A stretch of 63,755 bases of DNA, filler included, from Platydemus manokwari (lineage: Eukaryota): assembly GCA_037951405.1 (NCBI GenBank). It is 6 parts of 6 records of this genome, joined end to end, with 100 filler letters (N's around TTAATTAATTAA, not from the genome) between each part and the next. Parts side by side here need not be neighbours in the genome. Positions count along the whole stretch, not along the records: positions 31,385 to 43,122 come from JBBMOY010492220.1; positions 43,223 to 54,397 come from JBBMOY010857756.1; 4 more parts are not named here. The stretch is one strand, 5' to 3'. The notes beneath the pieces were generated by a model. It was not told the DNA's origin. It was given only the letters and a program-made list of their open reading frames with translations, and made no database searches. The position numbers and the translations under genes were made by a program. Positions 39,448 through 53,767 of the stretch are shown here, piece by piece (position 1 is the stretch's first letter; each line of letters starts with the position of its first letter).

Positions 39448-42400
39448 TTTGTTAGAGAAATTTTAAAATTATCAGAGGAATCGGTTGTGTCGATATTTGG
39501 CATATCACTGCAGAGTTATTTTGTCTTATATTTGCATAGAATATTATTTTTTATATTTTTTATCGTATTTGTTTATTATAATGAAATACATGGAATTGAA
39601 ATTTATTCAGTTTATTTAATGAAAATTATAATCGTTTTGAAAGGTAAGTGAATTTCTGAGTTCGGTGCCAACTTCCATGAAAAATTAATAGATCTCGGAG
39701 ATACACATATTTAATACAGGCTCCAAAACTATATTTTAAACATTCTTAAAATTCCTTTGAACTTCATACATACTAGAGAATACACATATAATCAATTAAC
39801 CAATGAAAACAAAATAAAATGTTAAAATGATTTCATATTATTGCTATGACATATATGCATAATTATTATTATTTCGCAATTATCATCCAGTAGAAACTAT
39901 TTAGAAAGATAACAGCCGATAAAACTCTGATGTTATCAATTGTAATTAAGTTAATGCTCGTTGTGTGCACTCGGATTTTCAATAAAAATTAGACTTATCG
40001 CAGAGTTTACTTAACCAGTTTAGTTCACTGAGAGCTTTCTGTTTTCTTTAAACGTTATTTATTAACAAATTGTTAGATAATCCAATGTGTTTTTATTTAT
40101 TATTATGAATATTCTATCAGTAATGAGGAGAGAATGTGATTGAAAAAAATTAATTTACTAACAATAATTGTAAAGATGAAAAATTATTAAATGAAATAAA
40201 TTTTAGTAATTTTAATAGCGATCTTCACTCATTAAGTCTTAAATTTAGACGAGATATGAATTGTTTTTAACGAATTTGTTTAATAAAATGCCATTTGATT
40301 TTAATTTAAGATTCGTAATATACTACTTATAGTTTTTATTTAAATTTTTTGATTAATTAAGGCTAATTAGAAGTTTTAATGTGTAGAGCACATGTTTATT
40401 GTTGGTTTATGAAATTTTTGTTGTTTTAGAGTCATTTTGGGTTTGTATTGATCAGTACGTTTTAGTGAAATACATATTGCAACCTTCGAATCTTTTAAAC
40501 ATCAACAATACGCGCAAACCTAAATTTAAGGATGTTTTGTCAACGAATATCACTCCATCATCTTTCAATTTTAAGCAATTTGTCATGACATTCTTTCCAT
40601 TTCAGTATCCATTTTTTGGATAAAAATTCATCTGAAAAATCAAATTTAAATGCAAAAAAGTAATTATTTCCGATATGAAAATTAAGGCGTAGGTTTATTT
40701 GGAATCATTTTTTAAAGTATTTCTCATTAATTTTTTTCTAAAGCTTCAAACTTTTCTCCGATAACATTACATGGACCCATTATTTTACATCAAATTACAC
40801 ACATATCATCCAAATGTTCTGATTTACATTGGATTGACATTTTTCCTATACCAGTAAGCGAGCTAAAGAAATACACACTCAATCAGATCCAATTTACACG
40901 TGTGCCGAATTTGAATGTGACTTCGTATGACCAGACTAGCAAACTTAATCTCTACAATAATGCAATCCAGTCTCAACAATAGAAAACACCAATGAAATCT
41001 TCTGTAGAACTTAGTTTCGAGAATTAAAGTTCCATTATCAATAGAAATATCACAAACAATTAATACATCATTATAACACATATTTAGGCAGAGTGATTGG
41101 CGACTCAATGACTATATCAGTAATTAGTATTATCGTTAATAAAAAAAAAGTATACGTCACATTTTTATAACAATATGAAATTCCGTTAACAATTTCTGGC
41201 TCCAAAATATATCTTAAACTCTGAACACTCAATTTAATTTAAGCTTGATTGAAATAACATGTATTTCAATGTTCGAAATGCTTTCAAATGTTCTTCATCA
41301 GTCCATTTTATTTAATCAATATATTCTTTGGATTACATATTGAATTAACAAAGCTTTGATAAATTGTGATAAACTTTACGATCTGTTATATATCCATTTC
41401 CGGATGGCGATATCATAGGATATGGACTTCTGAATATGAACTTCTTTTGATTAAGATATTGCCTAAAATGGACAAAGAAAATCAGAAAGCTTTTTTAGCT
41501 ACTAAATCGATTACAAAATTACCTTTCCGCTATTAGGAGACGTAATTTAAAACAATAGCAACATTATATCTGTAGTTAGTTAACAACAATTTATTTTGAA
41601 TCAAAACTATTGAAATCAATTTTATCCTCATTTTTCTTATGTTCTTGATAAATCTTAAGCATTTTCTTTTAAGCATTTTCTCTCAGTAGGAAACCCAAAT
41701 CTGATATAGGAGTCAGATATAACAATAACTTTACCATTAAGAACTGAAAATGAACATACTTAATATAACCCTCTTGCGTGACCACGTGACCAACTTTGAG
41801 CATAGAATCTCATTAAATGCAATATTAAAGAGTTGATAAAATGCAGTAGGTTTTTAAATTTTTAGTTTGATTTCTGAACAATATAAAGCAAGACGAATCT
41901 ATGAACACAAATAAAAATACATTTTCTCATAAATTTCAGATTCCAATAAATTTACAAATTTTGTGGATTAGCGCTTTCATTGGCTCTGGTGTTTTTGAGT
42001 AATTGTTGTGATAAGTTTAACATGGGTTCTCGTGATTGTATTAATTTACTTCATCTTCATCTGTTTTCATTTATTTATTATTCTTTCTTTATTATCCATT
42101 TTATTTTCTTTGGGATAAATTTTTCGTCGAATTATTATTTCAAACGTTTCTTATTATAATAAAGAATTTAATTCACACAAATTATTCAACATTACTAAAG
42201 ATTTCCATTCCTTATATTAAATGGAAATGGACGATAACCTGGATATGGTTATTAATAAAATTATTTCAAATCAATAAAATGGTTTAAAATACTATTATAT
42301 TGATTATATAAAACGTTGCTATTGATAATAAACATTCTGATACATTTATTAGATCGTACTAATTATAGTTATTGTTTATCAGTCATTTTATTTAATAATT

Positions 42401-43122
42401 ATCTATGCCATTCTTTAAAATATTAATTTCCACTTAAAATTTAAAGTCATTATCTTTGCTTTTAATGAAGTCACATTTACTTATTTTTTAGCACCGATAG
42501 TATTATTGACTGAAAGAATTTCATCGAACCAAATTCAACCAAAAACTGATAATGTTATTTAATGTCATGTTTAACATTTTAAATGTTGTTGCGTTATCAA
42601 ACAACAATTTAAATATGAAAATCTGTATTAACTAAAATAATACACTCAAAGTCTTAATAATAACAATAACAAATCCCTACGCATTTCACAAAGAAAATCA
42701 TTCAATATGGGATCAGAGCTCGAAAGTCAAAAATAGAATGAAGAGTAATCAAAAAGACTGATTACTGAAATCCCACATAAGCTAAGCATTGAAGTTACCG
42801 ACTAAAAAAGACAAGCAGGAATTCATAGAACTCAACTTCTTTTATAGACCTATCGGGTGTCATGGATCTTCGTTTTCAATTCGCAAAATTAATTTGTGGA
42901 TCTATTTACTTGAGATTTTCCTTACATCTCTCGTGCCATTGGTGGATATTTGAGAGTGCTGCCGTTTGTAGGTATGTGCCTGTGAATTCTTAGCTTCTAA
43001 ATTTGGATTAACATTATAATGAATCTGATTGATTAACGGCACGCATGTTTATCGGGTATGTGTATATTGACCCCTTTTCGTGTTTTTCCTTGGTTCTTGG
43101 GACACTTTAGATTGATTTATGA

Positions 43123-43222
43123 NNNNNNNNNNNNNNNNNNNNNNNNNNNNNNNNNNNNNNNNNNNNTTAATTAATTAANNNNNNNNNNNNNNNNNNNNNN
43201 NNNNNNNNNNNNNNNNNNNNNN
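43123..43222. other. Artificial contig spacer
   Basis: 44 N + TTAATTAATTAA + 44 N. Confidence 0.97.
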
Positions 43223-44403
43223 TATAAATAGCGAGACAAGTTGAAAACTAGGTAATTTCGTCGAATCGTAGATACTTCCATCTAAATTTATGAAAAAGAA
43301 TAGTTACTTTTACTTGAATCTATGATCAATAATAGCATTTTTTCATTAGTAAATTTCAAGGGAAATAAAGAATTAACATTAATTGATATCCCCGCAATTC
43401 CCCACCTTCGGGATTTATATTAAATCATTTTAAACTTTATCTCTAAAATTATTAGGTACTTTCAATGTTGTCTAATCTTCTTTTGGGATTTTTAATGAAT
43501 TAAATTAAAATTAGTACAAATAGATTGTAAATTACTGTGATTATAAATATAGTTTTGTTATGGAACTTCTAATTATTTATTATTTCAAAGATGAAACAAG
43601 TAATCATATGGATATCAGAACTCACGCTGTTAAGTTTGAACAAAACGGAGCAGCACAAACCTAAAATAATTAATGTAAACCAGTATAGATGTATCTAAGG
43701 CACTGGGTTATATAATTAATGAACTATTTAGGGGAAAGTACACAAAGATCTTAGTTCAAAACTGTCATTCAGACAATAAAGCACAATCGCCATACTCGTA
43801 TATTGCGATTAGTAATTTATTTATTTTCAACTTATTTATCTTCCTTATATTAAGAATCTGATTTTGTTGTCCTATACCTTAGGAAGTTGTCCGTAAGAGA
43901 AGCATTCATTTATAAATAATTGCTTAATAAGTATTCATCAAAAATTGAATATTTTTTTAAAAAGTATTTATTAGAAAGTATAATTTAAAATCTATCTATT
44001 TAACTATATTAATTTTAATCTTTTCTAGAATTTATTAATCAAATATCTTTAGAATTTGTAAAAATTTTTAGGTATTCCAAGTGTAGAATTTTTTACTGAA
44101 GATTTTTAAAATCAACCTATTCTCTATCTGTATTATTAGTTTAGCAGTGATTATAATCTTTAATTTGTTATACAAACATATGCATGATAGGAAAATAACT
44201 TCCAAATCAACTAAATTTAAATTTTACATCTTATTTTTCATTTTCATTATAAATATTTTTGTTGAAAAATATATAAATTTATCATAATTGAATTTTTTTT
44301 GCAATTTCACTTTTATCCGTATTGTTTAAATATTTACTAGAATTATTGAAATTTAATTAAATTTATTTGGCGTATTTATTTTTAATTTTTCTATTTTAGA
44401 ATA

Positions 44404-46065
44404 ATGAATTGTAAACCTGTCTCATCTCAAGTTATTTTTAAGATTGCTTTAACTGCTAATATCATAAGTGTTATCTGGAACATTATAAATGATTGTGACG
44501 AAACATATAATTATTGGGAGCCATTGCATTTCCTTATATATGGTGATGGATTTCAAACTTGGGAATATTCTCCATTTTATGCTTTACGTTCGTATTTGTA
44601 TCTTATTCTGTATGGCTGGCCAGCAATATTGTTAAATTGGTTTATCAGTTCAATTTCTAAACGGATTTTATTTTATATTATTCGAATTTATATGGCTATT
44701 TTGACATCGTGGTTACAGGTTCATTTGTATAAAAGTTTAAAATTGCACTTTAAAAATGTCGAAAATTGGAATGTATCACTTTATTGTATACTCATTTTAA
44801 TAGCATCAGCGGGTTCTTTTATTTCCACCTCTGCATTTCTTCCTAGTAGCTTTGCTTTATATTGTTCCATTTTTACATTTTCCAATTGGTTAAGAAAAAA
44901 TTATTCTTTAACAATTGCTTCTGTGGCCTTGAGTGCGATTATTGGATGGCCATTTTCTGTTGCAATTGGATTACCATTTGCGATTGACATCGTTTTCTTT
45001 CAACGGAAAATCGTTTTTTTCATTAAAACCTCTTTAGTTTGGGGACTGATTTTTGTTTTGAGTTCGATTTGTGTTGACTCCGTTTTCTATGGCCATTTGA
45101 CTTTCCCGAGCTTGAATATTGTCAAATATAATGTTTTCAATTCTCACGGTTCCGAATTATATGGTGTTGAGCCAGTGATGTTTTATGTGAAAAATTATTT
45201 ACTCAACTTCAATATCGCAATGATTTTCGTCGTATTGTATCCGATTTTTATAATTGGAGGTGTTTTCTTGGCAAAAAATATTGCTATTGATTCTCACGTT
45301 GGAGGAATGGCTTTTTGTGTTTTTTCAATTTGGAATATAATTTTCTTCCTGCAAGCTCACAAAGAAGAACGATTTCTCTTTCCTTGTTATCCTTTTCTGG
45401 CAATTTGTGCAGGAATTTGTCTGTTTAAACTTGAATTATGGTTCGATAGTTTTGTTGTCTACACGAGAAAGTATTTCGCTTTATTAAAAATCGTGCCAAA
45501 AAATTCGACTTCGATGATGTTTTTCGCGGTTTTTGGATTGATCAATGCTTCTAGGATAATCGCAATAATTTTGTCCTTCAATGGTTCCATTTCACTTTAT
45601 TCCCATCTCGCAGATTTACCAGATGGTGAGGGAAAAGTTCTCTGTTTAGGTCGAGAATGGCATCGGTTCCCATCTAATTTTCTCGTGACTGCTTCTATGA
45701 ATGTTTCTTTCATCCAATCAGATTTTAAAGGCCAACTGCCCGCCAAATTTCGATCTGTTAATGGTACAATGTCTACGAGGGTTGTTCATGGGCATTTTAA
45801 TGATCTTAATAAAGAAGAGATAAATCGATATTTGTCGCCATGGCAATGTGATTATATAATTGATAGAATTGATCCTTTCGCAGAATCATTGAATGAACCT
45901 AATTGGGAGAATACAAGTTCTTGGAAAACCGTTATGAGGCATCGAATATTGAGTCCTCATAAGGCCGATGGTGTTTTGTCGATTTTTAGATCGTTTTATG
46001 TGCCTATTTTGTTTGAAAGATCCAATCCGTTTATCGATTATGTTGTTGTGCAAAAAGTGGTTTGA
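44404..46065 (+). CDS. ALG9: Alpha-1,2-mannosyltransferase ALG9 (GT22), single coding exon
   Basis: Motifs DCDETYNYWEPLHFL..G.GFQTWEYSP.YALRSY, AFLPSSF, GWPFS, LYGVEP..FY.KN.LLNFN, HKEERFLFP.YP and CLGREWHRFPSNF. Confidence 0.96.
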   Translation: MNCKPVSSQVIFKIALTANIISVIWNIINDCDETYNYWEPLHFLIYGDGFQTWEYSPFYALRSYLYLILYGWPAILLNWFISSISKRILFYIIRIYMAILTSWLQVHLYKSLKLHFKNVENWNVSLYCILILIASAGSFISTSAFLPSSFALYCSIFTFSNWLRKNYSLTIASVALSAIIGWPFSVAIGLPFAIDIVFFQRKIVFFIKTSLVWGLIFVLSSICVDSVFYGHLTFPSLNIVKYNVFNSHGSELYGVEPVMFYVKNYLLNFNIAMIFVVLYPIFIIGGVFLAKNIAIDSHVGGMAFCVFSIWNIIFFLQAHKEERFLFPCYPFLAICAGICLFKLELWFDSFVVYTRKYFALLKIVPKNSTSMMFFAVFGLINASRIIAIILSFNGSISLYSHLADLPDGEGKVLCLGREWHRFPSNFLVTASMNVSFIQSDFKGQLPAKFRSVNGTMSTRVVHGHFNDLNKEEINRYLSPWQCDYIIDRIDPFAESLNEPNWENTSSWKTVMRHRILSPHKADGVLSIFRSFYVPILFERSNPFIDYVVVQKVV

Positions 46066-49000
46066 TGAATTTCATTGATTTGTTTGAGAATAATATAAAA
46101 TTATTGATTTAATGGTGAATGTTGTGTGTGGTATTGACAAGTATAAATCACAGTGAGAAAATATTAAATCTAATTCACTTTATAATCATAAATTTATCAA
46201 GTAATTGAAATATTAACCAATCAAACAATTCATATTTATGATGTAATTTATCTTCAAACCGCTATAATAATATTTGATGTCACGTAATCATTACATTACT
46301 AGAATTGCTTATTATAGTAATTGTAAATTTTCTTAAACATTTTGGTGAAAATTACTGTTGGAAGATTTTTTTGTTTCACTAAATCATTTTAATTATTAAC
46401 CACTCACCAACTAATTAAATTAATATTGGTTATCTAGCGTTATACTATATTTTCTCTACGATGATGTTCAAGAACTCCAATTTAAGAAATTCGATGTAAT
46501 TATGTTAAAGGCACGTTTTATTTTTGATCACCTTAAATTATATGCTGTGTTAATATTGATAGATAAAGACTAATTCTACATTTATCATGTTAAAAGATAT
46601 TAACAATTTATGAAAGTGTTAATAAATTGATTTATTGTTATAAAAAAGTTTCGATTGAAAAATACGCTTAAAGTTTGAAGTCTAATATTTTTAGAGCTCA
46701 TAACCAAGGTCGCTTTTAAAGAGTTTAGAGTTATATCGATATTCAAAATATTATCAATCAAAGCGTTATTTTTGTGATTATTTCCTTTAAGTTATATAAA
46801 TACCAATCGTATCACATTAAATTTTTATGAATAGCTGGAAAAAAATTAAGCTTGTATTTTAATCAGTCAAATTAAATGGAAGTGTTGGGGTTTTAAGTAT
46901 GTTTTAAAAATTTAATTGCGCAAATTCTTCTTGGTCATAGTTAAGTTGATACAAACGATATTTGAAGACAGGCAAAATTTGAAAAACGTAATTTTGTACG
47001 TATAAATCATTTAATTTATTCAATCACAGTAGCTATTTTGAATAAACTATTCAGAATTTGTCAAAATAATTCTTGAAACCACTACAACTACAAGCAAAAC
47101 GTGTCCCAGAATTAATCGATTAATTCGTGCAAGAGCTTTTTGAGCATATTTTTTTAAAATTATTCAACCTCATTGTCAATAGTTATGTACTACTGTCGTC
47201 ATACTCAGTCTCGAGTTTGGCTTTAGGCCTGAGGTGTAATGTACCTTTGGGTTCTTTTATTTTTGCCAAAAACAACACTTACATAAAAAGTATTATTTTT
47301 TATATCTCTTGGAATGCCTACTTGTCACAAAATCAGTCTCTTGCAATTTACAATGGGTTTATTTATTTGGGTTGTAACTTTATTAGATTGAGTTTGATTT
47401 ACTGTCACGATTAGATCATCGAAACAAATATATATAATACTTGATTTTTGAAATTATAAGATGAAATGATTTTTAAAACAAATGAGCTTTATTAACAATT
47501 ACAAACATAACGCTAAAAATGATAACCTTATGTGTAAAAAATTGAAATCGTTTCGAACACAATAATTTATTTAATTAAATACCGACAAATAAAATGGTAT
47601 AATTTTAATTATCAATTCAAAGAAAGTCTTCGATTTGTCTACCCCTTCGTATTACATATTTTATTTGAAATTGCGGTAGTCTAATTTAAATCCCTCTTCT
47701 CTCCTTTAAGAAAATTTCAAACGTAATTAATTTCTCAATCAGTCAAAATTGGAATTTTATCCAAACACCCTCGTTTAAAACAAGGGTTAACGAGGAAAAG
47801 CTCTGATAGCGAACCTCCTTTCTGTTCAAATATAGATTTTTAAAATATAATATATTTTATGATGTATGTGAAAATTATTTTGTGGTGTGTGATAAATTAT
47901 TTTTTTCAAAATTAATTCCTTTAGTAAAAGCTAAAATCTTCTTTTCTGTCGATGATCATTAAAATTATTTGTGAGCTATCTTTCTGATTATCCTACTGCT
48001 TATATTCGGTTTTCTATTGTGAATTATAAATAATCATTTTTATTTATTATTTATTCTTTACCATTGTACTAAAAAAATATTTTTCTCCCACATTATTAAT
48101 TTCGATTTTCTTTATCGCCCACAGTAATTTGATTTCACCCACAATTATTTATTATAATTTATATTTTGTCCATATCCATAGATTTTATTATAATTTGGCT
48201 CATTATTATTATTCTTAAAAACATAATTTCACAATAATTTCACCAGTCGTATATTTTTTATTATAATTTGAAATTTTGATAATATCGTTGGAGACATTGA
48301 GGATTGTTGAGATTTAGATGATATCGTTGATCAAGCTCTTCAACAATATATTGCATTGTTATTATTGTTACATCGTGTCTGATCATTTCATTGTTATTTT
48401 TTTGACTTGTGGGTCTGCGTAGATCCTCAACAATATATAAAATCAATAATTTAGAATTAGTAAGTCAATGAAGATAATCCATTGTAAAAGCCATATGTTG
48501 AAAGGTCTCATATACTTTGATGTGAAACATAATCTTTCACGTTAAAATTCATAAATTCGTACGAATTTAGTCCATTTTGGTATCAATTACAATCAAATAA
48601 TTACAAATTGTTATTATTTATCAACTTTTCCCCTTAATTTCTCCATGATATAAATATTATTCCGTAAATAAAATAAGTTTTGGTTTTTTTTAAAATATAA
48701 AGGTTAGTTTATATAAAAATTAACGTAAGGATGATTATAAATATAATTTGCTACAATATAATATCCAGAAGAAAATTAATCAACCATTTGTAAAGATTCT
48801 TCGTTTTAATCAAGCTTTTTACTCTTGATTTTTTTCGCTTAAAATTAACTTTAATAAAAATTTTAAGGTTTCATCATCAAAACAATTAATTATTTCAAAA
48901 CAGTTAGCATTTTTGTAGTCCTATGATTCATTCTTCATAATTATGAGAGTATTAATAGAAATGTCATATTTTTCTTAGTGTTTAACTAAATTCATGAAAT

Positions 49001-49624
49001 TATTCATAGATTTTAAAATTTATTGACAAATTATTGATTTATTCATCAATAGTGTTTAACGTAGGATATCCATTTTCTTATTTTTAATATTTTATCCTTA
49101 ACTTCATCAAAATATTTGTTTTTCAATTAATTACAAGATAGGTTATAGAAAATCGATGAAATTCTAATTCTGATCAATTTATTAAAGGCAACCCATTAAA
49201 GAAGGCATGAAGTCGAAAAATTGGCATGTCTCACAAATTTCACAAAAATCTCTTTCATTTACCGATTTTATTTAAACTAATTTTATAAAATTCTTTTATT
49301 TCTTTCCTATTTTTATTCGACATCTTTTTTTCTTTTCAAATATCCTTCACTATGAGATTTTTCATAATCAATTAATCTTTGGATTTTGAGGAACAACGAA
49401 ATCGTTTAATAAATCACATAAAATAACATCAGTTGACAATAATCCTCGGGACAATGTATGAAAATAAAATTCTAATAAAATATTTATTCTCGAGACAGAA
49501 AGATATGATGACATCACAAATGAGTTGATCCACTAAAACTTTTAAACAGTTTTCAAATGATGACAAAAACGACAGCATAGTAAATGTTTTAATGCATTGA
49601 AACTGGTTTTTCTATTGAGATTAA

Positions 49625-50643
49625 TCAATTTTCCCCGTTAATTCCAGTTGGGCTTGGGGGATCTGCTTGGAAAAGTGGATTCTTTACTTCAAGTTCACCG
49701 CCCTGTAAAGATAATTTTCTTTTCAAGAGATTTTTCATTAAAATTTATTACCATAGCCATTCCGGGGCATTCATAAACAGTAAAATCATCAACAGCATCA
49801 TCAGGTTCACTGTCTTCATCGCTGGCTTCATTTCGCAAGTTACTATCGGCCCTGAAAGATAATATTAATATTTCGTCATTTTTCATGAAATTCGTACTTT
49901 TCTAAAGCGATCATTTGTTGTTTTTGATGTTGATAATGATACATCTGAGCAGATTGTGCCAATTTTTTGTCCCCTGAATTTGATCCTCCAATAGGTACTA
50001 TTCCCGAATTATTAGAACTATTCGATCGTGATCCAGTTAAAGTTCCATTCTTTAGTGCTTTATGCATCCTTAATTTTATTTTAAAATATAAAATAGAATC
50101 GTATAACTACTTGTAGTAACAAGCAGCAGCAACAACTATTCCTGTAACAGCAAATATACTGCATACAGTGGCAATAACTAAATAAAATTAGTGGGTTGGG
50201 AAACTATAAATATTCACTAATACCTGTGTATTGCCATTTAAATTTTGGGCGAGTCATTTGCAAGCTCATCATCGTTCCAGGTAAATCCATTGGAGCATGA
50301 CCCACTCTTTCACCAACTCTTTTCTGTAAACTTGGTGACTTAACTTTATTCCGAATAATTTCTTCACTCATTTTAAAATTGCTTACCTTCAATGTTATTT
50401 ACACCTAAGAGTTGTAAAACTTCTGAAACTTCTGTTTCCCATTGAGGATTATTTGATCCATCGAAATATCGATCATTAAATTTGTCTAAAAAAACTGTAA
50501 AACAAGATAAACTTACATCAAATATAATTACCTAGATACTGTTCTCTTGGTAAAGCTTCGATATCATTACTCGACAATGATGCATTATTAAATATGAATA
50601 TCTCAAGTATCAAATAAAGTAAAATTTTTATTTTAGATATCAT
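49625..50643 (-). CDS. NPDC1: NPDC1 / CAB-1 family type I membrane protein (multi-exon)
   Basis: Signal peptide from ATG 50643, TM exon VIATVCSIFAVTGIVVAAACYY, then GDKKLAQSAQMYHYQHQKQQMIALEK, DFTVYECPGMA and GELEVKNPLF; stop at 49625. Confidence 0.92.
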
Positions 50644-51011
50644 AATCAATAATGATTAGACAAAAAATAAGATTAAATTTAAAGCAACTACTGCTCAGAA
50701 AAGAAAAATCTATTGATTACATTTATTAATAGATGGGAGAGAAAAAATACTGTTGACAAAGCAACATCATTCATTGATGCTATTTCATTGTTAGTGTGTA
50801 TTAGGATTACGTGGGTTACACACATAACTTAATAAATATTTTCTGAGAATTTTAAATTGAAAACCATTATTAAAATCCGGCTTTTAACAAATAACCTTTC
50901 AAACTTAACAAATTTGAAAAATTAAGTCAGGTCGACACATAATATATAAATACTGAAAATTGGATATTTGTTTAAATTTATCTAAAATTATTTCATATTT
51001 CAAAAGTGATT
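50644..51011. promoter_or_regulatory. Probable bidirectional promoter between NPDC1 and RFC4
   Basis: Head-to-head start codons separated by only ~370 bp (inferred from layout only). Confidence 0.5.
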
Positions 51012-52326
51012 ATGGACCAATTTTTACTTAATTATAAATCAAAACAAGATAGTAAAACTAATACAGAATCTAATAACAATGCATTAGAAGCACCTACACC
51101 ATGGGTTGAAAAATAGTATTTATTTATTTTCATGTTTATTTTTTATTTATTAATTAGTCGACCAAAAAAAATGGATGATGTCGCATATCAAGACGAGGTA
51201 GTGTCAATGCTTAAGAAATGCATTAGCGGTTCAGATGTAAGTGCTTAAGTAAAGATTTCTGTTTATTTTACAAATATAAGTTCCCAAATTTGCTTTTCTA
51301 CGGACCTCCTGGCACCGGCAAAACGTCCACGATTTTGGCAGCTGCTAAAGAACTATTTGGGTAATACTTATAACGATTACCTACCATTTTTAATTATGAA
51401 CCATAGGCCTACATATTATCGAAATCGAGTTTTGGAATTGAATGCTTCCGATGAAAGAGGAATTGCAGTAATAAGGGAAAAAGTGAAAAAGTTTTCCCAA
51501 TATTCTGCATCGGAGAAAATTAATCATGGTGATGGTGGTAAAACTATTCCAGGATTTAAGTTAGTTATTCTGGATGAAGCGGATTCAATGACATCAGCAG
51601 CTCAGGTAAACAGAATTAAAACTTGTTAATTTTGATGTAAAAAAATTAGCATAACTCATTAATTTTCTTTAAATAATAATTTTAATTAAATTATTTTTAA
51701 ATTTATTATTTTTATAGTCAGCTTTACGGCGAACAATGGAAGTTGAATGCAAATCAACACGATTTTGCTTGATATGTAATTACGTCACACGCATTATTGA
51801 TCCTTTGACTTCGCGTTGTGCTAAGTTTCGATTCAAAACTCTCGATAAAGACGTCGCAATAGCAAAATTGATGAGTATAAGTGAAGCTGAGAAGATCAAT
51901 GTATCAAGAGAAGTCTTACAGACGTTAATAGAACTATCAGAAGGAGATCTAAGACGAGCCATCACCATGTTACAAAGTTCATCTTTGTTAGCCAACAATG
52001 GTAATGTTAGTGCAACTTTATTGGCGGATGTTGCGGAAATTATTCCACTAAATTGTATTGAAGAATTCATACAAGTTATTCGCAGTAATTCTTTTGACAG
52101 AGTTCAAATTTCATCAAAGAAAATATTATCTTCTGGTTATGCTGTTGCTCAAATTATATCACAATTGCATGATATGATTTTAAAAATGGATGTTAAGGAT
52201 TCTGTAAAGGCAATTATTTTAGAGAAATTAGCCATTTGTGAAGAACAATTGATGGGCGGAGCAGATGAATATTTAGAATTAATGTCCATATCATGCTTTA
52301 TGATGAAACAATTTGCTGAAATATAA
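51012..52326 (+). CDS. RFC4: Replication factor C subunit 4 (37 kDa), 5 exons
   Basis: Exons 51012-51115, 51158-51236, 51281-51360, 51407-51605 and 51718-52326. Motifs [72 protein letters not shown] and GADEYL. Confidence 0.95.
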
Positions 52327-52477
52327 ATAGATTATTTTGTGTATAATAAAAATTTTGTTACAAAATATGAATTTTGATTTAATTATAAATTATTGACATA
52401 ATATGTTTTTGTTTTAAAATACCAAATTGATGCGATATATTTAAATTATATTTTTATAATTTATTTAATATTGATTA

Positions 52478-53767
52478 ATGAATTGGTCTATAGAACAAAA
52501 TTATATTTTACTTCAATTTATTCGATGTCATGGAGAGTCTGAATGGTTTAAACATGTCAATGAGTTACGTGATTTATTTTCAGTCTATTTAACTGCAGTT
52601 CTTGACACAGATATTAACAGTTTTACCGAAGATGATTTCAGAAGACAATATAATTATATATTAGCAACCACTCGGCAGGAATGTCAGAAACAAGGTTTGA
52701 AAATTGTCAAATCTTCTGAATTAACAGAAATTGCTTCGAAGAAATTTTTTAATTATTTGGAACAACAACAACATAGTAGAGAAGATTATGGTCAATTACA
52801 ATTAGATCTTAAATTACTCGAAGAAGGTCGCGTACGACAAATCGAAAAAGATAAGTTAAGAGATATGCGTGAAAAAATTTATTGTGTAGTTGGAGAAGAT
52901 TTGATTGGTGTAGCTTTCGGCTTAGGAAAAATGGAAGAGAAAATAAGTCGAGAAAAACGTGAGAAATGTTTGAAAGAAATGTCAGAATCTTGGTTAAGAC
53001 GTCTAAGTGATGGTCGGATTTGTGTTGCTGGAGATACAGATATATTTCCCGATGAAGTATTGAATCAAATGTATGAGATTTCCGGTATTTCATTGAATGG
53101 TACAAATACCGATTCTGATTCTGATGCTACCGAAACATTGGAAGAGAATATCCCCGATAAAGGCGTTCATGTAATCCCATTTGAAACGGCTATGGAACAA
53201 GTTGGGGTGAACATGTCGAAACCTTTGATTGGTTGGAATTTTTGATAAATAATAATGCTGAACATGTTTTATTATTGATTATTGCAGCAAAAAATATAGG
53301 ATTCACCAAAGAATACTCTGGCCAGAAGATTATTGCCGGTTGGAAATTTACTGGCACCGAAGATACACAGGAACTCGATGGGAAACTGCTGACATGGGAA
53401 GAGGAGTTTTCCAAATCGACCAATAACATAACCGATTATATTCACAATAAAATGTCATCGAGAATGTTTCAATCCATTACAGATCGACAAAACATGAATC
53501 CCACCCAATATAATTATAGTTCTCACAGTTCGGCATCCACACAAGAAGCATTGACAACTCGTTTGACGGTTTCCGTAGCAACGGAAAGCTGCGACATGAC
53601 GCCAGGATCTCAATCAGTTGATACTGCTATTTCACATGTGACATTTGATGATCTCGATGAGGTGCCCATGTTGTCGGCCAAAGAAACAAGCCATAGCACA
53701 AGAAGAAAGAAGCGAACCAGACAAACTGGTTTGAGTGTGAAGAAATCTCATGAAAAGATCAATTGTG
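52478..53767 (+). CDS. 5' exons of a probable BRD8-like protein (partial; bromodomain not in contig)
   Basis: Exons 52478-53231 and 53288-53767 join in frame and end at a donor site. The N-terminus WSIEQNYILLQFIRCHGESEW...F..DDFRRQY..IL...YGQLQLDLKLLEEG resembles the SANT-like N-terminus of BRD8. Confidence 0.5.
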
